Shown here piece after piece: positions 27,994 through 41,129 of a DNA stretch of 64,000 bases. A program made the translations under genes and the position numbers. The DNA comes from Adineta vaga (lineage: Eukaryota > Animalia > Rotifera). The notes below the pieces were generated by a model that did not search any database, was not told where the DNA came from, and saw only the letters and a program-made list of their open reading frames with translations. How positions within the stretch are numbered: position 1 is the first letter of the stretch; every line of letters begins with the position of its first letter. The stretch spans positions 10,168,001 through 10,232,000 of the forward strand of contig CP075492.1 in the NCBI GenBank assembly GCA_021613535.1, in the 5' to 3' direction.

Positions 27994-28531
27994 TTGTTCG
28001 ATGAGAAATAAAAAGAAATATTTTCTTCGAACTCCTTTCTTTTTACAATCAATATTTCAACTAGAGAGAAAAAATCATTCCGGCGCCAATTACTTCCGTT
28101 TTAGCGTTGACTTGATTGAAAGTATCTCTTATGATTTATTCATAGGAAAAAGAAGAATTTCCATTTTATGCATATAAATAAATATTTCAATATCAAACAT
28201 TTATCGTACTTTAAGTAAGATCGTCATTCTTATTATTCTCAGCAAAAAAGAACGATTTTATGCATTCGAGTTTGACATTAAATGCATCACTTAAGTCTTA
28301 ATTTAGTTGTCCTACTGAAAACAAACATGACACGAGAGAATGAGACGTGCTCTTTTGTAGTCTACGATTGCTCATATAATTAAATAAACTATGAAACAGT
28401 TTGGTACTCATCTGCAACCAAGTTGTACGATTTACATGAATGACTTCTATTAACAAGAACATTGTTTATTACTTTACAAGGCGAAAAAAAAAGAAAAAAA
28501 GAAACGAAGATATAAATTCTAATTTTTCATC

Positions 28532-29011
28532 TTAAAATGATGCTTGATATGGCATTTGTCGATATAATGTTGGTAATGGTGATGGTCGAGCAAAAAATAC
28601 GATACATAAGATCAAAAAAACAATGTCACTTGCTGTAAAAACTAATGTAATAATTGTCATAATTAATTCAGCACGAATAACAAATAATTGCCATAAAACA
28701 AAGTATAAATATCCAAAAAAGACAACAACTGTAAGAACGATAGTAATAGCTGAAAGAAGAATACTTTCAGTTCGATTCGAGATTGATCCCAATAGTAGAC
28801 GAAATAGATCGAAGAAGAAAACGCAAATCATAAGAATAATTTCTCCAGCTATAAGACCTTGATTAGGATAGATAATTGTAGCATTTTTATAAACAAAACT
28901 TAGAGATTCAATTAGTAACCAAAGTAAAACAGCCCAACGATTGATTGTTAGAAAAATTTCAAAGATTATAGATGAACGAACATTCGTCAATTCACTAGAA
29001 ACAACAGCCAT
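28532..29011 (-). CDS. Transmemb_17 family transition-zone membrane protein (TMEM216/TMEM80-like)
   Basis: VRSSIIFEIFL...YP...EIIL...RLLLGSISNRTE...WQLFVIRAE; 4 TM segments; probable start MAVVSS at 29011; X-box upstream. Confidence 0.82.
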   Translation of the reverse strand: MAVVSSELTNVRSSIIFEIFLTINRWAVLLWLLIESLSFVYKNATIIYPNQGLIAGEIILMICVFFFDLFRLLLGSISNRTESILLSAITIVLTVVVFFGYLYFVLWQLFVIRAELIMTIITLVFTASDIVFLILCIVFFARPSPLPTLYRQMPYQASF

Positions 29012-29096
29012 CTTTTTCTTCTTCTTTAATAAAACAAAAAGGAGTAGAATAGAATTGATCTTGAATTCTTTCATTAATCCATCATCATAGAAATAT

Positions 29097-29110
29097 GTTA
29101 CTATAGATAC
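29097..29110 (-). promoter_or_regulatory. RFX X-box upstream of the TMEM216-like gene
   Basis: Minus strand GTATCT-AT-AGTAAC matches the X-box consensus GTHNYY-AT-RRNAAC, about 90 bp upstream of a ciliary gene ATG. Confidence 0.7.
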
Positions 29111-29158
29111 TCTATTCACACATAAAACATAACGATCATAGATGTCACTTCAATCAGA

Positions 29159-29968
29159 CTATAAAATCAATGGTATCAATGCACATCGTTTTGCTGGATA
29201 CGATCCATGGTAATGTTCACAATACCATCGATGAGTTAATAATGCTGATAGAGATTGATTGATAATCACCCACATTGTTAAAAACATAAAGGTCAATGTT
29301 TGTTGACTGAGAAGATAGAATGAAATGTAAATAAATATCTCTGCTATATAGTTTGGACAAGAAAAATATTCAAATAACCAATAACCATACGGTATTGGAT
29401 ATATTTCAGTTGTTTTTGTACGACGATTATTTGCTAATGTTGAATGAACACGATATTGAATATAACTTGCATTTAGAAATAAAACTAAGGCAAAACAAGA
29501 ACATAATAGAGAGAAATGTTTAACACCATAGTAATTATCAACGATAATAGTTAAACCAACAGTTGGATAATGAATAATACCGATGAGATAATGAATGAAA
29601 CTCATTGTCGCATTGGAACTATAAAAATGAATATAGAAACATTCATATAAACGTCGTAACATGTGACAAAGGAATAGAATGTAAAGAAACCATGATGATC
29701 GATAGAGAAGAAATAATGGAATGTTAATTAATAGACCAATGATATAAAAATGACGAAAATAACATTTCGGTACATCACTAAAAACTTTCTTCTTATCTTT
29801 TGTTGCATTTTTCAATTTACCGAATAAATAGAACCGTTGCAGAATAATATTGATGATGGTAATATTTGTTTGTCCATCAAGTAATAACCATAAACCTGGC
29901 AAAAGTACTCCAATTGATATTCCTAACCAGAATAAACTTAATAACAAATTTATATTGATCTCAAACAT
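29159..29968 (-). CDS. SRD5A3: Polyprenol reductase (steroid 5-alpha-reductase family), intronless
   Basis: VPKCYFRHFY, HMLRRLYEC, FEYFSCPNYIAEI, ALLTHRWY, YPAKRCALIP motifs. Confidence 0.9.
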   Translation of the reverse strand: MFEININLLLSLFWLGISIGVLLPGLWLLLDGQTNITIINIILQRFYLFGKLKNATKDKKKVFSDVPKCYFRHFYIIGLLINIPLFLLYRSSWFLYILFLCHMLRRLYECFYIHFYSSNATMSFIHYLIGIIHYPTVGLTIIVDNYYGVKHFSLLCSCFALVLFLNASYIQYRVHSTLANNRRTKTTEIYPIPYGYWLFEYFSCPNYIAEIFIYISFYLLSQQTLTFMFLTMWVIINQSLSALLTHRWYCEHYHGSYPAKRCALIPLIL

Positions 29969-30153
29969 TTTGTTCTATCTAAAACATCGTGTGAGGACAA
30001 TAACTATGATTTCATTATTCATCTGAATAATCTTGAGAGTTGGAATATGACGATTATTTGAACGAGAAAAAGAAATCGAAATCTATCATTTATTTCAACA
30101 CAAAACAAAACAATAAATAGATAAATATAATCTCATGCAACTGGAAGAATGAA

Positions 30154-30453
30154 TTAAACAGAGGTATTGTCATCAATAAATGGTATAGATTGTTCTTTAG
30201 TATTAAATGATTGAAATTGAAAGTCAATGAAATGTGGTGAATCAGATACATCGATTTGTAAGTCATTATAAATTGATTCGGAAGATGTTAGAATATGAAG
30301 ACATGAATATTCGATTGCTTGTCGTTCAAGATCATATCGATAAAAACGTCGACGAGCATTTAAAAGACGAGGAATCATTGGAAAAATCCCACATAAAATG
30401 ACTGAAGAAACTATCATGATATAAGCTAAGATAAGCCAATCATCTGTTGGCAT
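30154..30453 (-). CDS. Small single-pass membrane protein of unknown function
   Basis: About 99-aa ORF with a hydrophobic N-terminal helix followed by a basic RRRF stop-transfer stretch. Confidence 0.5.
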   Translation of the reverse strand: MPTDDWLILAYIMIVSSVILCGIFPMIPRLLNARRRFYRYDLERQAIEYSCLHILTSSESIYNDLQIDVSDSPHFIDFQFQSFNTKEQSIPFIDDNTSV

Positions 30454-30764
30454 TGTCAAAATATTTTGAATAGAGATTAACTTCTAGCACCATCGACATA
30501 GAATCTACAATGAAAACAATTGAAATATGAAAATTTGATAATTTATTCTTCAATCATATGCACAAAACATTTTCTGTGCAAGAAAACGATGAAATAATTA
30601 TCTATCTGACATAGTCAGTCATAATCGAATGATTTTTCTTTGCTATAAGAAGAATGAAATCACAGATATTCGAAATAAAACAACAAAAAATTCGAATTAT
30701 AATTAAAATAGATAAAAACGTAAAAAAAAACATGTCGAAAGAAACTATATAGAACGAGATTTGT

Positions 30765-33700
30765 TCATTTTATCCATTTGTCTAGTAGACATTTTTCAAT
30801 ACCAATACATTGTAAAGCCGAGATAATATATTCATCTAGATATGCCCATACTGTTAATTCTGTTGTTTTCGCATGTTCTATCGCACGAGAATGAATTTCA
30901 CGAAACATTTCATGAAATTCGACTTGATATTTATGATTGTTTGTCCATTCAAGAGAAAACTTCTTAATAATGTTCAAGTATGGTTCGGTAATGAACTCCT
31001 GATCATTTAGTAATGGTGATGGATAGAAATTCGGTTGATAGTCGTCAGTAAGAAACTCAACGATTAATTCATGCCAAATGGATTCAGGTACGGAAGGTTT
31101 TCGAGCAGTTTCTTTGCAATCATTGCCAAAAATTGCTTGTTTAATTAACCAATCATTTAAAATTTCAATAAAACAAATGCGGAGTAATGAAACTTCACGA
31201 CTATTTTCATTAGAGTTCGTATTTCCTTTTACTAAAGTTCTTCGTGATTCTTGCCTTTTCCGATAATGTATAGTCACTGAATTCGTACCAATAGAATTTT
31301 CTTGAACAAAAACTTTAAATTTTGGTACAAGTTTCTTAGTATATGTTGAAAATGCTTTGGCAATAATAAAATTAATTTGATTATTAGAATCTTTGGATTG
31401 ATTTTTATGTTTCAATCGGATCAAAAATCCTCCAAAAAGCCAAGGAAAACTCAAGATGCGTCGATTGGAATTCGTTGGTAAACGACTACTGATTCGATAA
31501 CTATATATATAAGCACAAGCAGCTTTTGCTTGTTTATCACTACGGCAGACGTCACAACTGATAAATTTTTGTCTCTTTTTAACTTTATCGTATTCTATTG
31601 AGCAACATTTTTTTTCTTCACGTCGTCGATCGAATTCAGCAAAGAACTGTCGAGTAATTCTTGCAACTAAATTTTTAACTTCTATTGAAGCTGAATCTTC
31701 TAGACCACCTTTTTTTCCACCAGCCGATGCATCCATGGAATCGCATCGACAAAGCAGATCAATTTCATCTTGAAAACGATATAAATTAATAATTTCAAGT
31801 AAATCATATCTATAATCATTATATAAAGCTTTGATATTTGTCAGATATTTTTTCCAATCATCATGGTATATGTCTCTATCAAGTGATAGGTACAGCTGTG
31901 ATAAAACATCAGATTCACTTATCTTTTCATTTCCTGTTGGATTTTGACTTTCCGAATCAATAGTTAAGTCATTAGCTAAAGCTTGATAACGTGCATTACC
32001 ATATTGACGAATTGCTCCAGTCCAACCATCGATAGCACGAGTCGCTGAACGATACAATTTTCCTAAAACATAAAATATTTCTTTGAACTATTCGATAAAT
32101 TTGTTATGTTTTAGATGGAAATATTCTACTTACCAAGAATACGCTGTGACGTATAATATTTCCTTGGGCCACGTACCTTCATGAAATCTGGCCATTCTTC
32201 GCCAAAATCTTTTTTAAGCTGTGCCATTTCTGTCTCTGTTAAAGGATGTTTTCCAGTTTTAGCTGCATCAACTTCTTCAGAAATCCATCCTGCTATTTCT
32301 TTACATTTTTCCGATTTAATACCACATTTATCCGAATAAGCCAAATGAATATTTGATAAACTTCCTAAACAATCTTGTTCGCTAACATCCATAACCTCTA
32401 TTGATATCTTCTCGAGTAATAGGTCGATCCATTTTTGGTGGATCTCCTTGAGAATCATATTTGTAAGCTTCTTCATTTTCTGTCTTTGGTATCAGATCTT
32501 CATGCCATATCACAACATATTCATCACCTAAATGTGAAGAAACGTATTGAAATGTAAAACGAAAAAAGTCTTGTTGTTTCCTCTACAAACCATCTAAATC
32601 AGAACCAGAGATTTCATTAGGATGTGGTCGACGACCTTTCTGTGGAAAAACTACACAATCAACTAAATGTCGCAATTCTTTTCGGTTAACAGCATTAAAT
32701 ACTCTTAAATCACCAGGATGATGACAAGGATTTTTTGTAATCACAACGTTTCCTAGTAAAACTTCACGTTCTGCGGGATTGTTTCCTATTTCCATAGGTT
32801 GATATAATTTCTGGTCATGTAATTTTGTATACTGTATAAAAACTTCACCTTCTTCTAGAACACCATATTCATCAACAATACCAAACATATTTCTGGCATA
32901 TTTATGTGATATATGTACTCTTGTTCGATCTAACAATTCACGTATAATATTAAATGCACATGTAATGATTAATTTAATAAAAAAATGTTCTTCAATAATA
33001 TTAATATTGCGAATGATTTTACGAAGTTTGAATACAGGTAAAAGTTTATCTTGCAATAACTCGAAGGATGTACTTGGAATTAATAAAGCTTGAATTAGCC
33101 AGAAATGATTTTCATTTTGAAAAGTAAGAAAATTCGTATGAGGTATATCTCGACTTTCAAGAAGAATAACATCTTGGCGATTGAGATATAATGTACCTTA
33201 ATTATCATGATATGAATAACATTAGATAAATTTTTCTAAATTTTCAAATACTTACGTGGTGCAGATAATTTACAGATTTCAAGTGTATCATGATCACTAG
33301 TAAATTTATTCATTGAATCTCGAATTATCATTTGATATTTTTGACCATTAAGTTCTGGAACGACAGAAAGTGTTCCCTTACAACCACCATACCGAATTTG
33401 TAAGACACTAAAGGAACGACGATTACGATTATCGGATTTTTCCAGGAAAGTTTTAACCTACAAAAACGAATTCAAGAATATAACATAGTTTGTGAATTTA
33501 TTGATCTACTTGATCTCGAAGATCGGCTGATATTTTTCCGACACCATCTGAAAATGTATATTCCCCTGTTTCATCTTTGATATCACGAACATATTTGACT
33601 GTTTCTGCTGGTATCTAAATAGAATTAATTCAAATATAGATGATTGACAATTGTATACTTCAAAGATTTAGTATAATCTTTGAATCAGCGTTTCCTACCC

Positions 33701-36212
33701 GAATAGTTGCATCCGAACTTGTAAAACACAATGCAATACGTGCGGAATGCTTCGCTACCACACGTTCTTTATCAAAATTTCCCATCCAGATATAAGCATC
33801 TTCGTGCGACAGACATTGGTTTGCCTTATCATGATAATAGAACCAAAATTGTTTTGCTTTTACTTGACTTTGTGAATGATGAAGATATTTATATGTTCGA
33901 TTAGGTGTTAGATCAAAACCATCTGTTAAATATTTCAACGTTTGATCTCTTAAGGCTCGATATTCATTCGGAAACAGCATTCGTTGTGCTTCATCACGTA
34001 ATTCCACCAAAGCAAAATTAAGAATATTACCAAATTTTTTTTCTCGAAGAACACGATTTAATTTACAAAGTTTTAATGGACGAATTCTAACTGTTGTTGG
34101 TGTTATAACAATTGAAGGAGTGTAAGCTGTTAATGCATCTCCTTGATTAAATTTTGCCATTTGATGATGCATTGCTTTTGCTCGATCATATTTCTTCTTA
34201 TATTCGCCGATACCAATTTCAATCTCTTGATCGAGATTGAGAAAAAAATATTCGGATGATCTTCGATGTAAATATAAACATAATCGATAAAAACGATCAT
34301 CAATGTCTTCCACTGTTTCTTTTTCAAAACAATCGTACGACTTCGAATATTCCTTCAGTTTTGTAATGACTAGTTTACAAATATATAATTGAACTTCTAT
34401 ACGAAAACCAATATTGCATAACATAGCCCAACAATAGTTTTGAATAAATGTTGGGAAGCTATGATTATTATGTCCTACCAATTGTTGTACAGGTGCTTTT
34501 CTTGCGAGGATCCGACCAAAACTTACATGAACACGATTTTTATCGAAAAATTCAAGAAATTTCTGAAATATGTTTTGTATTTGTAATAATCCAGCATCAC
34601 GAATTTCTTTTAAAAGATTTTCTTTTTGATCTAATGATGTCGTTCTTTCTATTTTACCGACTCTTTCAAGATATTCAGTTAACAGGACGTCATCTTTGAG
34701 ACGTAAACGAATTCGAATTGTGGAGAATGATGGCATTAATTTATTATCGTGAATTCCTTGTCGTACAAAGGGTTGATATGGTTTGGATGATTGGTCGGAT
34801 GGTTGGTCAGAAAAAGTTCCTCGTAAATGTGTTCGTTTGAGTTCATGAACATTTCCTTTCATATTCAAAAATAAATCAAATCCATCAGCCAATAAACAAA
34901 TAACAGCTGCTCGATCAATAATAGCGGCTGGAACTTTATATTTGATTTGAGTAACTTCCAATTCCGACTGATCATATGCTTGGTTAATTGCATTAGTATA
35001 AATTTCAAAACGTTCTTCATTAAAAACTATGGACCATTTTGTCCTTTTGCGAAAGAAATAATCTGGATGACTATGAAAACGATTCATTGTTGTTAATGCA
35101 CCATAAGATAAGTCAGCATACACCGAACGCTCAACTAGAAAGTATTTTCCTGTCATATCCTTATCATTTGTTGGTTTTGGAGGTGATGGCCAATTTTTAA
35201 ATGTTAGTAGTCGTTTAAATAAAAACCAAAATGGACGATTAGTTTCATTATCAACTTTTTCAGGAATAAGTTTAAGAACATCAAGAGAAACCTTTTCCGG
35301 TAAATTGATATGACAAATAAACAAACCAAAACTCCAATTTTCAAATTGTGGAACTGGCAAATCGAGTAATTTATCATCAGGTAATAAGCCTCGAAGACGT
35401 TTACATGCATGAAGATAAGCTTTGTTTTCTTTATCGTTCGCGTCCACAATGAATGATATACGATTGAATGTTGTTTGAAAATCGATTAAGGATGTTTCTC
35501 GACGTGGCACTAGATGAGCATTCTAAAATAAGAAAAAACAAATTTTCTTAAGATTTCGATCATGTTTAGAGGGTATCTGTTTTGAGATACAAATCTTTCA
35601 GAGGAATATTATACTTACCAATTCTGATGGATCTTGTCGTTTTCGATAATAAGAAATCTAAATCAAAATACTCATTAGGAGACTAATTTATTTATAACAT
35701 TACTGGTAATCTTGCTAATTTTCCTGGTTTAGGGTAAAATCCATCTTCTGCTTTGACATCGCGAATACGCGGTGGTGGTAATGGTTTACCGGCGTCATCA
35801 ACAGCGATACTACCTAATCGACCACGTCCACGACCTCGATCAATCTACAATTGAAAAAATATTGAATTATATGAATAAAAATGGAATATTATCGTACAAC
35901 AACTGGTGAAATACTTGGTGACATTGATGCAATAACTTCGGCTGATGTATCAGACACGCTATCATCATCATCCATTCCACTATCACTAGATTCTTTCTCG
36001 TCGTCTTGAAATACTACAGGTATGTCAGGTTCAGGAAAAATTTGATCTGCTTGTTCAACTTCACGGTTTAAATCTTCAGGAAAATCCTGATCTTCTTCCG
36101 GATCTCCAACAAGAACATCGTTTGTATCGACATCATCTTGTTCATCATTGGATTCTGATGTTATAAATTCATTATTTCTCAAATTATTTTCTTCGTCGAT
36201 GAAATCATCCAT
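30765..36212 (-). CDS. Cellular RNA-dependent RNA polymerase (QDE-1/RDR/EGO-1 RNAi type), multi-exon, one apparent frameshift
   Basis: NRVLR, [72 protein letters not shown] (catalytic DxDGD), VDAAKTG, WPDFM. Confidence 0.95.
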
Positions 36213-36700
36213 ATCTGAAATAGAAATATATGTTTACTTAATTTAGACGCTGTCGTCATGGAATCTAATATATAGTATTTATTATACTGGAGATTTTCCC
36301 AAAGATTACTTCGACCCATTGAATGAAAATAGAACAAAAAGATTCGTAGAACTTTATTTGCACAGTTATATTCACCAATCTAGAGTCAGTCGTTGAGTAT
36401 TTGTTGTAAGATAGATGGCGTTCACACTAATAATCAGCATACGTCTATCCATCTTATCACAGTAATGAGAATCGACTTCGGGGAAATATATCGATTCGAA
36501 ATACTCTCTTTGGGAGAAAAAACATCCACTTGTATTTGCACTATAAACTGTTTTCGTAATAATTACACAAAAAACACAACAACTACCTCTGTTATTTTAT
36601 TAAAATTTATGGGTATAATTTGAAGAAATTTCGCATTCTCCGACCACACAGATCAAAATATTTATTTTTGTTTCATAATAACATACATCGAAACAATTGA

Positions 36701-38059
36701 TTAACTATAAAACTCTAGATCGCTATCATCTAAATTTTTGTTTGCTCTAGGAGTTGAACTTGTTGATTTGATATTTTTCTTTGTTACAGTTGATGTTGTT
36801 GATGTATCATCATCATCATCAAGTCCACCACCAGATGTTAATTTACTTAACCATGATGATGATGCTGTATTTGTTTTAACAAGAGATTGAATCGGTTGTT
36901 TTCTTTCGAATGATGTTTCATCTTCTGATATGGATTGTTGTGCTCCATGAAGTTTATCAACAATATGTTTTAGAAGACATTTTGCTTTTTCAAGAAGAGA
37001 TTGTCGATTATTTAATGATAAAATCGGTGCGAATTTATTTGCTAATATTTGTGAATTCATTATATGAAATTTTAATAATCGTGTAAAATGATCAATCAAT
37101 CTTGTCCAAAGAATACGATCGTTTTCAGGTAATATTTTCGTAATAATATCTTTATCTAGATCGATGACATTGAGTGAAAGAATATCTTCCGTTAATAAAC
37201 ATTGATGAACTGTCGTACGACGTATTGTCGATGGTAATTGATCAAGTATGACCATTGATGTGGTTGTTGGATCAAGATCTTTCAATGCTGATTGTTGACG
37301 ATTATTAGCAATATCCAATATAGTACGTTTTTGTGTAATTGTTGGTGGATCATGATGATAGAATTTCTTTTTATCAATTGTATCATGTAATTCATTTTCG
37401 ATATAATCAAGTAAGAAGAAAAGACCGAGACGACTTAATTCCATTCGAAGTGAACCAGGACGTTTCGAACGAGAAAATGCACTGGATGTTGAATCCGATA
37501 AAGATTGATCATCAGGTTGTTGTTGATTATTTGTTGTCGATGGCCTTGCATGATCTAGATGATGTTGAGACATTGAAGAAGGAGTTATGTCGATTGGTTG
37601 ATGTGTAGATGGTGTAGAATGAACATCATTTTGATGTGTTCGTAAACGATCAAAACTATAAATATCTTTATTAACAATTGAACTAATGGTACTTGATTCA
37701 GGTTTTTGCCAATTTGGATAATTTGATTCGAGATATTCTGTATAATCAGATTTTAATCGTATTAAATGTTCAGAATCTTTACGTAATTCATCTAGATGTT
37801 GTTCAGCTCGTTGAATATCATTCAATAATTGTAGATTACGTTGTTTAGCTCGTTCAGATTCTTGATTAAATTGACTAAAATACGAATGAATATCGTCGAC
37901 TTGTTGACGTTGTTTTAAACGTGAATCAATGGTAAATAATGAATTTAATTTTTGATCAAGTTGTATACGTTGCTCTTCACTTTTTAAAATTTCCGAATAT
38001 AAACGTGCACTTCGTTTATGATAATCAGCTATGCCTGGTGATAATGTTGATGATTTCAT
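36701..38059 (-). CDS. KIZ: Centrosomal protein kizuna-like, intronless
   Basis: N-terminal DYHKRSARLYSEILKSEEQRIQLDQKL...ESERAKQRNLQLL resembles the kizuna N-terminal coiled coil; acidic C-terminal end; X-box-like motif upstream. Confidence 0.75.
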   Translation of the reverse strand: MKSSTLSPGIADYHKRSARLYSEILKSEEQRIQLDQKLNSLFTIDSRLKQRQQVDDIHSYFSQFNQESERAKQRNLQLLNDIQRAEQHLDELRKDSEHLIRLKSDYTEYLESNYPNWQKPESSTISSIVNKDIYSFDRLRTHQNDVHSTPSTHQPIDITPSSMSQHHLDHARPSTTNNQQQPDDQSLSDSTSSAFSRSKRPGSLRMELSRLGLFFLLDYIENELHDTIDKKKFYHHDPPTITQKRTILDIANNRQQSALKDLDPTTTSMVILDQLPSTIRRTTVHQCLLTEDILSLNVIDLDKDIITKILPENDRILWTRLIDHFTRLLKFHIMNSQILANKFAPILSLNNRQSLLEKAKCLLKHIVDKLHGAQQSISEDETSFERKQPIQSLVKTNTASSSWLSKLTSGGGLDDDDDTSTTSTVTKKNIKSTSSTPRANKNLDDSDLEFYS

Positions 38060-38189
38060 TTTAGAATTAAAAAACACGACAAAAAGAATTGGTATATAAT
38101 GTTACAAGATAGAATGTAAAATAACTGCTCATGTCTGCTTACCTTTTTCTTCCATCTTTCTTTTTCTTTTTCTTTTTCTTTTCTGTAAG

Positions 38190-38204
38190 GTTGTCAAGAG
38201 TAAC
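38190..38204. promoter_or_regulatory. X-box-like motif upstream of KIZ (copy 1)
   Basis: GTTGTC-AAG-AGTAAC, near match to the RFX consensus GTNRCC-N0-3-RGYAAC. Confidence 0.55.
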
Positions 38205-38770
38205 GTCGTTGCGCTGCTTGCAGTGTCGCTTATACTGGTTTAATCTGATGGAGACAAAGAAGAAAGAACACATAAAATGTCACTCTTTTGCTTCCAATTG
38301 ATTTCAATAAAAAGATATGCTTAGCATGTAGATATAAACACAAACTTTAAGATAGGTTCATCAAACAGATACTGCAGTTCGATCCTTTGTTGCTTTTGAA
38401 GATAAATGTTATATAGTTAATCTATTGAGACATTACATAGTGTCATGATCTTCGTAGATAAAAATCAATCGATCAAACACTTAAAATATATCATAACCTC
38501 ATCTTTTTAATCAACTGTAGCTGTTATATTGTTCTGAAGTTTAATGGTATCAGCGATGGTAACTAATCCTAGATGAATAAGAATATACAGATTTAAACGT
38601 AATTATTCATCCACAGCATAGCGAACGTTTTATGGCATCGTATCAAATTCGTGTGCAAAGAAATATGACTATTTCTAAATGAATAAATGCACATTGAATA
38701 TTCTTTGAAGTAGAATTGATTTATAATTGACTTTTTTGTTCATCGCTAAGTAATTCCATATACTTCTACT

Positions 38771-39000
38771 CTTAGAACTACGTATTACAAATATAAAAAA
38801 TATGGTAATGTATTTTCGTGCAAGCAAACATTCATAACTCTATAGTTACCATCTGTAATTTGCGAAGTAGATGTTTGACATCTTCAATCTAGAGAACAAA
38901 GTGTATTCAAATATAACTCAAAGACATCAAAATATTTACACACGAAATATGATATCGAATGCAAACTTGTTGAGTGAATATGCAGAATTATTCATATAAT

Positions 39001-39031
<31 letters not shown>

Positions 39032-39076
39032 GCTCGAATCAACGATCACAAGTCAGATTTCGAAATCGATATTTTG
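38771..39076 (+). repeat. Non-coding dispersed repeat, copy 1 (contains a (CTAA)n tract)
   Basis: Near-identical to 41904-42245 (direct) and to part of 47760-48032 (inverted). Confidence 0.9.
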
Positions 39077-39302
39077 AAGGCGGGTGTGGGTGTGAGTCTG
39101 AATATAACAGATAAACCCATATCTATGCTCAACCACACCCTCATCCACAATTTTGATGAAAGCCATACGTAAAAATTCATTTAGTGTTAAAACTATTTCG
39201 TTTAGTAAATTTTTTAATTATCAAATCAGTTCACATATCAAATGACAAAGTTAAAAAACGCCGAATGGGAGGTTTGTTTCTTGATTGTTGTAATGAATCA
39301 TT

Positions 39303-40306
39303 TCAAAGTAAAAGCAAGACGAATATAGCAAGCACACCAGCTTCAACAAAATGCTGAACTTTCTTCAAATCTCCGCATTCCTCATGACCAAGTGCACAGA
39401 GTCGTGCAAAATGTTGACAATTCTTAACAAGTAAGTTGTATTCACCCGCACGAAATCTACTATCTGCCCAATCCTCAGCACATCTGACGATAGAATCTGG
39501 ACTTTGAAAACGAATTCTGTATACAACAACTCGAATAGAATCAGTTTCTTTGCTGACGAAATCACCAAGTAATCTACCAACACGTGCGACAGATGTACTT
39601 TTTTCTCCACCATGACCCGATACATGTATAACCTAGAATAAGGAATAAAAATATCTAGTATTCGAAAGAAATAAAGACGCACCCGACCATTGCCAATATA
39701 GATTCCTTCGTGGTTTGTACTGAAAATTCTTCGATACATTCAATTATTCGATTTAATACAAAGAAATTACCTGAGCCAGAAATTAGTCTGTATTATATCG
39801 CCGGGTCGTAAATACCTATCAGGATTTTTTACGCAGTCTTCTGGCATATCACGAAGTCTTGGTAAGGCAAATGTTTTACCCCTGGAAAAGAATGTATATA
39901 GATACGTTTTCCTTCGATTTCGACTGAGCTTACAGAATCTCGTATACTTCCAAGAACTTTCCTTTTTCTAAATATTCTTTGAACAATTGTGCTTTTTCCA
40001 AAACACCACTTTTTGTAAAGAATTCCTGACGATGAATCCAATTTTGGTTACAAAACAGTTGATCAGATGATGATCGTTTATATTGACGATGATCCTCATC
40101 GATGATCAAGCGTAAAGCGTACCATAGACCCTAAATTATTATTCAGTAATTTTAATCCTTCATACACAAAGAATTCAAAGAAATACTTGTGTAATAAGAA
40201 TTGCAAATCGTTGTCCAGCTTTTGAAGTACCATAAATACAGTCGACATAACTTGCCGTTGACCAACTGTTTTTTTCTTCTTCCACTAATTGTTCTAGAGA
40301 TGACAT
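39303..40306 (-). CDS. LRAT/PLAAT-like NlpC/P60 (NC-domain) acyltransferase/phospholipase, 5 exons, C-terminal hydrophobic tail
   Basis: Spliced: MSSLEQLVEEEK...YLRPGDIIQ...HEGIYIGNGRVIHV...YNLLVKNCQHFARLC...AGVLAIFVLLLL*; H-H-C catalytic motifs intact. Confidence 0.85.
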
Positions 40307-41129
40307 TTCTGAAATAGACGATTCCTATACGAACAAGACTGACGGATCTAGCAGATCGAATGTATCAGTCTCCTATTGAGATAATATCGAAATTTCTCGT
40401 GTCTATAGTATTAGCGAAGTCTGCTAATAAAAAAATATAGATAACGAATATATACATACGAGAACGCAAATTATACGATGATATAAATAAGTGACTATAC
40501 ACGACACGAAGAAAACTAACTTTGAGGGTGGAGATACTTTTGTCTGTCTTATGCACAAGTTATCTTACAACTTTTATTTAATAAAATGGGTTGATATTTT
40601 TCCAATGATTCTTATTCCCTTGATAACGTAAACACGCTATAATTTATACATCATGAAGAGTTACATATGATCTGATATTGCTCGCATACATATTCTTCGT
40701 CACATTATACCATGTCATTTTATTCTTTTTCTTTTCATTCTTCACCCGATGTAAGAAAAGAACAAACGGGTACGTTCATACGATTTTACTAGACATTATT
40801 TTCTTATCTAAATGAATTCTGTATGACAAAAAAATATTCGATTAACAACATACTTACCGATGAATATAAACGTCCAATTATGACTTGGTTTAACAGCAAT
40901 ATCTTTAATAAGCGCAGAAAAACTTGACTAAAGCTCTTTGTTATATCTAGATAAATAATCATCACCACGTGGGTATTTGTTTTCGTTCTGCACAACATTA
41001 AAAGGGTTTCTTCTAATATAAATATCCTTTCCCATCGTTTTTAGGATTTTTCGCTATAAATTGATTGGGGAAAAGGGAAAAAGTAAAACGAATAAATATA
41101 AAACCCTCGTACAAAATAAAAAGATACGA

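Noticed and set aside
30765-36212. RdRP as an endogenous RNA virus
   Set aside because: It has the DxDGD cellular RdRP signature and many spliceosomal introns, not viral GDD palm motifs.
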